DNA of 64,000 nt, from NCBI GenBank assembly GCA_011774835.1, contig JAACAK010000113.1:5029-69028 (forward strand), written 5' to 3'. This DNA comes from Candidatus Kutchimonas denitrificans. Lineage in GTDB: Bacteria > Gemmatimonadota > Gemmatimonadetes > Palauibacterales > KS3-K002. Below the pieces are notes generated by a model. It was not told the origin of the DNA, searched no databases, and worked only from the letters and a program-made list of their open reading frames with translations. This document shows, one piece after another, positions 59,588 through 64,000 of the stretch (position 1 is the stretch's first letter; each line of letters opens with the position of its first letter). Made by a program: the position numbers and the translations under genes.

Positions 59588-59689
59588 GGGTTTGCGCTCC
59601 TGATCTTGTGATGGGGCCGATAATGTGGGGGTTGCGCGATCCAGTCAAGGGCAGAATCGCCGCGAATGTCCAGATCTTCGCGTTCGTCA

Positions 59690-60934
59690 TTACTCGTAGC
59701 GAAGCGACTCCACGGGGTCTACCTTCGCCGCCCGCCGGGCCGGTAGCACGCCGGCGATGAGGCCGATGGCGATGAGAATCACGACGCAGAGCAGGGCGAT
59801 GGGGGGAGATAGCTTCGGGTTCGCCAGGTAGACGGCGGCGCCGTCCTCGGCGGGCAGGCTGTCGACCAGCAGGACAACGGCGGTGGAGAAGCCAAGCCCG
59901 ACTCCGCCGCCGACACAGGTGAGGGCGAGGGCCTCGAAAACGAACTGGTTCATGATGTGGCGCTTCTTGGCGCCGATGGCCAGCTTGATGCCGATCTCTT
60001 TGGTGCGCTCGCGGACGACGACGTACATGATGTTGGCGACGCCGACGCCGGCGACGAGGAGCGTGAACATCCCCACCAGACCGAGGAAGATCTCGATGCC
60101 CAGGGCGATCTGGTTGCTCATCTTCTCGTCTTCGATGAAGTCCCACATCGGCAGGGCGCGCTCGTCATCCGGGTCGAACTTGTAGCGGGCGCCGAGTACG
60201 GTAAACAGCCGCTGTTTAACGAACTCGGCACGGGCGGGGTTACGTGGCCGCAGCAACAGGTGGTTCACGTAGCGATTGCCGTAGACGGCCGAAAAAGTGG
60301 AGGCGGGGATGATGGCGCGGCGCGAGTCGGGCCCGTTGTTCATGCTGTCCTGGAACTTCTTCTGCATGACGCCGATGACGACGAACGGCAGGTCGTCGAG
60401 CATGACGATCTGCCCGACGGGGTCCTCGGCGCCGAACAGCTCCTCGGCGATCTCGTTGCCCAGAAAGAGGACCCGCCGCCGGTCGTCGAGGTCGCGCTGA
60501 TTGATGAAGCGGCTGTCGGCCCGGGGATACATGCGACGCATCTCCTCGAACGCGGGGTAGACTCCCTCCATGTACGTGGTCGTCTTGTTGTCGCCGTACT
60601 CGAGGGTGGTGCCCCAGCGACCGTAGGAGGGGCTGACCAGGTCGATCTCTTCGATCGAGCGGGTGATCAGGTCGAGGTCCTCCTCGCTGAGCCGAATGCG
60701 GCGGCCGCGGGGAAGTCCCTCGAACTCCTGCGATGTGGTGCCGCCGTACACCATGAAGATCCGCTCGCCGGCGTTGAGGAGTCCCTTGACGATGGCCTGG
60801 CGGAGCCCTTCGCCGAAGGCGAGCAGCAGCACCACGGCGATGGTGCCCCAGGTGATGGCGAACATGGTGAGCAGGACGCGAGTCTTCTGCTCACGCAGGT
60901 CGCCGATGAACTCACCCAGCAGGATCCGCCACAT
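59690..60934 (-). CDS. ABC-transporter permease, MacB_PCD + FtsX family
   Basis: 'LREQKTRVLLTMFAITWGTIAVVLLLAFGEG' and a C-terminal FtsX 4-TM block ending 'PARRAAKVDPVESLRYE'. Confidence 0.9.
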   Translation of the reverse strand: MWRILLGEFIGDLREQKTRVLLTMFAITWGTIAVVLLLAFGEGLRQAIVKGLLNAGERIFMVYGGTTSQEFEGLPRGRRIRLSEEDLDLITRSIEEIDLVSPSYGRWGTTLEYGDNKTTTYMEGVYPAFEEMRRMYPRADSRFINQRDLDDRRRVLFLGNEIAEELFGAEDPVGQIVMLDDLPFVVIGVMQKKFQDSMNNGPDSRRAIIPASTFSAVYGNRYVNHLLLRPRNPARAEFVKQRLFTVLGARYKFDPDDERALPMWDFIEDEKMSNQIALGIEIFLGLVGMFTLLVAGVGVANIMYVVVRERTKEIGIKLAIGAKKRHIMNQFVFEALALTCVGGGVGLGFSTAVVLLVDSLPAEDGAAVYLANPKLSPPIALLCVVILIAIGLIAGVLPARRAAKVDPVESLRYE

Positions 60935-60952
60935 GCTTATCCGTCCATTCGT

Positions 60953-62212
60953 CTAGTAGCGGAGGCACTCGACGGGGTCGAGGTTCGCCGCGCGCCGCGC
61001 CGGGAAGTAGCCGGCGGCGAGGGCGACGAGGGTCAGCAGCGAGACCGTAGCGATGGCGACCGCCGGCGAGATGGTCGGAACGCCGATGTACTCCTTGAGC
61101 GGCATCCACTGACCCAGCTTGACCAGCCCCAGCGAGAGCAGGAACCCGAGGAGCGCGCCGCTGCCGACGACCACGAAGGTCTGGCCGAGGAACTGGAGCA
61201 TGATGTCGCGCCTGCGTGCGCCGATCGAGCGGCGGATGCCGATCTCGCGGGTCCGCTCCCGGACCACGATGTACATGATGTTCGCGACGCCGATGCCGCC
61301 CACCGTGAGGGTGAACGCGCCGACGACGCCAAGAAAGATGTTCATCCCGAGAAATATCGCCGTGAGCATCTCCTCGAAGGCACTGGTGTCCCACTCCCAG
61401 ATCGCGTCTTCATCGGTGGGATCGAACCGGTACTTGCGGCCCAGGACCTCGTTCACCCGGACCTCGACGGCATCGACCAGATGGGGGCTGCGGGTCCGGT
61501 AGATGATGTTGCTGATGTACCGGTCGCCGAAGATCGCCCGATAGGTGCTGGACGGTATGAAGATCCGGTCCCGGTCGCGGGAGTTGTACGACGAGTTCTG
61601 CTGCTTCTCCTTGAGCACGCCGATGACGATGAACGGGACGTCGCCGACAAACACGGGTTTGCCGATCGGATCTTCGTTCTCGAACAGCAGGTTACGCAGC
61701 TCGTTGCCGAGGAAGGCGACGCGGCGCCGCTGGTCGACGTCGGCCTGGTTGATGAAGCGGCCGCCCCAGTCGGCGATGACGTTGCGCATCTCGCCGTAGA
61801 CCGGATAGACGCCGGTGATGTTGGGGAAGGCGCTGTTGCGGCCACGGCGCACGGGGACGCGCCGCGTGCTGTACTCGGGGCTGATCTCCTCGATTCCTGG
61901 GATCTCACGGGCCAGCAGGTGGACGTCATCCTCCTGGAAGCGGATGTAGCGTCCTTCCGGGAAGCCGGCGAACGGCTTGGTGGTGCGGTTACCGAACAGG
62001 ATGACGATGCGCTCGCCGAGGCCGTGCATCCGCTTGCGGGTCTGCTTCTCCATGCCGACGCCGAAGGCGAGCAGCACGACCACGGCCACGGTGCCCCAGG
62101 TGATGCCCATGATGGTGAGGGCCGTACGCAGCCGCTGCGTGCGGATGTCGTTGAAGAAGTCCTTGAAGCTCCCGAATAGTCGCATGCTCAATCCGGCCGG
62201 CGTACGGGTCAC
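60953..62212 (-). CDS. ABC-transporter permease, MacB_PCD + FtsX family (paralogue)
   Basis: 'IRTQRLRTALTIMGITWGTVAVVVLLAFG' ... 'PARRAANLDPVECLRY'. Start at the GTG at 62212 or the ATG at 62185. Confidence 0.9.
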   Translation of the reverse strand: MTRTPAGLSMRLFGSFKDFFNDIRTQRLRTALTIMGITWGTVAVVVLLAFGVGMEKQTRKRMHGLGERIVILFGNRTTKPFAGFPEGRYIRFQEDDVHLLAREIPGIEEISPEYSTRRVPVRRGRNSAFPNITGVYPVYGEMRNVIADWGGRFINQADVDQRRRVAFLGNELRNLLFENEDPIGKPVFVGDVPFIVIGVLKEKQQNSSYNSRDRDRIFIPSSTYRAIFGDRYISNIIYRTRSPHLVDAVEVRVNEVLGRKYRFDPTDEDAIWEWDTSAFEEMLTAIFLGMNIFLGVVGAFTLTVGGIGVANIMYIVVRERTREIGIRRSIGARRRDIMLQFLGQTFVVVGSGALLGFLLSLGLVKLGQWMPLKEYIGVPTISPAVAIATVSLLTLVALAAGYFPARRAANLDPVECLRY

Positions 62213-62222
62213 CGATCACCGG

Positions 62223-63317
62223 TCACTCGATCTCCCGTGGCGGCGGCTCGACGACCTTCTCGCCCTCCTCGAGGCCGTCGATGATCTCGATGTTGATGGC
62301 GTCGGACAGGCCTGTCGTGATGGTCCGTTCCTCGCGCTCGCCGCTCGGCAGCAGCACCGTGACCCGGGCGGTGTCGCCGCTCGTGTCGATGAGCCGCTCG
62401 GGAATCATCAGCACGTCCTCGCGCCGGTCGATGATGATGTCCGCGTTGGCGGAGTAGCCGGCACGGAGTACGACGTCGTTGGAGCGATCGAGTTCGATCT
62501 CGATGGGGAAGACCGTCGAGTTGTCGTCGGTACGAGCTTTCAGAGAGATCTTCGACAGCCTGCCGGTGACCTTCGAGCCCGGGAGGGCGCCGATCTTGAT
62601 CTCGACGGGCATGCCCTCGCGGAGGCGACCGACGTCGATCTCGTCGACGGTGCCCCGGAAGATGAGCGCGTTCATCTCCGCCATCGACATGATGACGGTC
62701 CCTTCCTGGTAGGGATTCAGGGGCACGACCGGGTCGCCGATCTCGACGTTCTTCTCGAGGATGAAGCCGTTGATCGGGGACTTGACGATCGCGTCGACGC
62801 TCTGGTCCGAGATCGTGACCTTGCCCTCCTCGAGCAAGGCCAGTCGCTCCTGGGCGAGCTTGAGGTTGAGCTCGGCTTCGCCGTAGGCACGCTCGGCCAG
62901 GTCGTACTCGTTCTGTGAGATGAGACCCTGCTCGAGGAGGCTTCGCTTGCGGTTCAGCTCCTTGCCCAGGTTGTCGAGCTCCAGCTGGCGAAGCTCCAGC
63001 TGGCGCCGCGACTCGACCAGCTCGAGGGGCGTGGGCGTCGGTTTGATCTCGAGCAACGGGTCGCCAGCCCGAACGAAGTCGCCGACATCGGCGAACTCGC
63101 GGCTCACGACGCCGGATATCTTGGATTTCACGCTGATCTCGACTTCGGGCTCGATCCGCCCGACGGCCAGCGCTTTGTCGAGGATCGCCCCGTGCTCGAC
63201 CTCGACGGTGCGGACATCCTCGTCGCTGGAATCGCCGTTGCGCACGGCTGCTGCCGCGGCGCTGCCCACGGCCACCACCGCGACGACCGCGATGGTTAAC
63301 TTGGTCCGTCGTCTCAT
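62223..63317 (-). CDS. Efflux periplasmic adaptor (MacA/HlyD membrane-fusion family)
   Basis: N-terminal anchor 'KLTIAVVAVVAVGSAAAA'. Lipoyl, coiled-coil and beta-barrel layout ('GDPLLEIKPTP...ELRQLELDNL...'). The ATG at 63317 has GGAG upstream. Confidence 0.88.
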   Translation of the reverse strand: MRRRTKLTIAVVAVVAVGSAAAAAVRNGDSSDEDVRTVEVEHGAILDKALAVGRIEPEVEISVKSKISGVVSREFADVGDFVRAGDPLLEIKPTPTPLELVESRRQLELRQLELDNLGKELNRKRSLLEQGLISQNEYDLAERAYGEAELNLKLAQERLALLEEGKVTISDQSVDAIVKSPINGFILEKNVEIGDPVVPLNPYQEGTVIMSMAEMNALIFRGTVDEIDVGRLREGMPVEIKIGALPGSKVTGRLSKISLKARTDDNSTVFPIEIELDRSNDVVLRAGYSANADIIIDRREDVLMIPERLIDTSGDTARVTVLLPSGEREERTITTGLSDAINIEIIDGLEEGEKVVEPPPREIE

Positions 63318-63538
63318 GGTGCTGCTCCGTCCGATCTGTCCCGGCTGACCCGAACTCGTCGTTTGGCTTGGGTGCCCGCTTTCCCCTCTCTGAAACCTCG
63401 GCAAGAGAGTCCGCTCCCGATGTGAGGGAGCAGTCAGGCTGGGGGTTGCAGAGGGGTATCCGGGTTACACTACGGACGACCATTCGGCAGGTTTCAACTG
63501 CCGGTCGAGGCTGGCCTCGGGGAGGGGCCCGTCCGCGA

Positions 63539-64000
63539 TCAGAGCAGACCGCGGACGAAGCCTCCGTCGATCTGCAGGGTGGTGCCGGTGATGTAGGCCG
63601 CGCGTTCCGAGGCCAGGAAAGCGACCAGATCTCCCAGCTCCTTGGGGTCGCCCATGCGGCCGGCCGGGATGTTGGCCACCAGGTCGCCGGAGACCTTCTC
63701 CACCGACGTGCCGGCCTCCTCGGCGCGGTGGGCCATGAGCTCGCTGACCCGATCGGTGGCCATGTAGCCGGGGCAGACGACGTTGACGGTGATCCCGTTC
63801 TGGGCGAACTCCTCGGCGATCGTCTTCGCGTAGCCGACCACGCCGGGTCTGGCGGTGTTGGACAGGGCCATCCCGGGCAAGGGCGACTTCACCGAGACCG
63901 AGGTGACGCAGATAATCCGGCCCCAACTGCCGCGCCGCATGTAGGGGAGGGCGGCCTGGGCCAGCCTCACCGTGCTGAGCAAGTTGAGCTGCAGGGCCTC
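63539..64000 (-). CDS. Short-chain dehydrogenase/reductase (3-oxoacyl-ACP-reductase-like), N-terminus outside the window
   Basis: 'NTARPGVVGYAKTIAEEFAQNGITVNVVCPGYMATD...ASERAAYITGTTLQIDGG' is the C-terminal half of a classical SDR. The frame is open to the window edge. Confidence 0.85.
   Translation of the reverse strand, partial: EALQLNLLSTVRLAQAALPYMRRGSWGRIICVTSVSVKSPLPGMALSNTARPGVVGYAKTIAEEFAQNGITVNVVCPGYMATDRVSELMAHRAEEAGTSVEKVSGDLVANIPAGRMGDPKELGDLVAFLASERAAYITGTTLQIDGGFVRGLL

Noticed and set aside
59957-62179. 740-aa ORF antisense to the two FtsX permease genes
   Set aside because: It spans two well-supported genes on the other strand and is low-complexity.

Overview
High-GC bacterial chromosomal window, roughly two-thirds G+C by eye. 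About 45 protein genes are supportable. I found no rRNA, tRNA or CRISPR array. The gene content includes TonB-dependent receptors, OMP beta-barrels, a PadR regulator with an ADOP-type duplicated permease, a tricorn-like protease, a sortilin/BNR protein and MacA/FtsX efflux parts. This points to a Gram-negative of Gemmatimonadota/Acidobacteriota type, which is inference only. Most long ORFs in the track are antisense shadow ORFs typical of high-GC DNA; I kept the frame with recognisable family motifs. Main observations: (1) an ArsM-family methyltransferase has an in-frame TGA exactly at the conserved catalytic-Cys position. A SECIS-like hairpin lies 10 nt downstream and the frame stays open for 59 more codons, so it is a candidate selenoprotein that the ORF track truncates. 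It is the last gene of a cluster with an exported four-domain rhodanese, a cupin and a membrane protein. (2) An archaeal-type gatE-gatD pair is translationally coupled (ATGA overlaps) to a glutamine-synthetase-family gene, inside clearly bacterial context. (3) Three families of long imperfect-palindrome repeats are present. Two of them bracket single secreted-protein genes, and several copies overlap stop codons. (4) An imuA...imuB mutagenesis cassette is split by about 4 kb of repeat-bounded DNA and has no adjacent dnaE2. (5) There are several unusual large fusion proteins: GGDEF-STAND-HEAT, M48-polytopic membrane, and YyaL-aldo/keto reductase. All homology calls come from motif recognition by eye; no database search was run.
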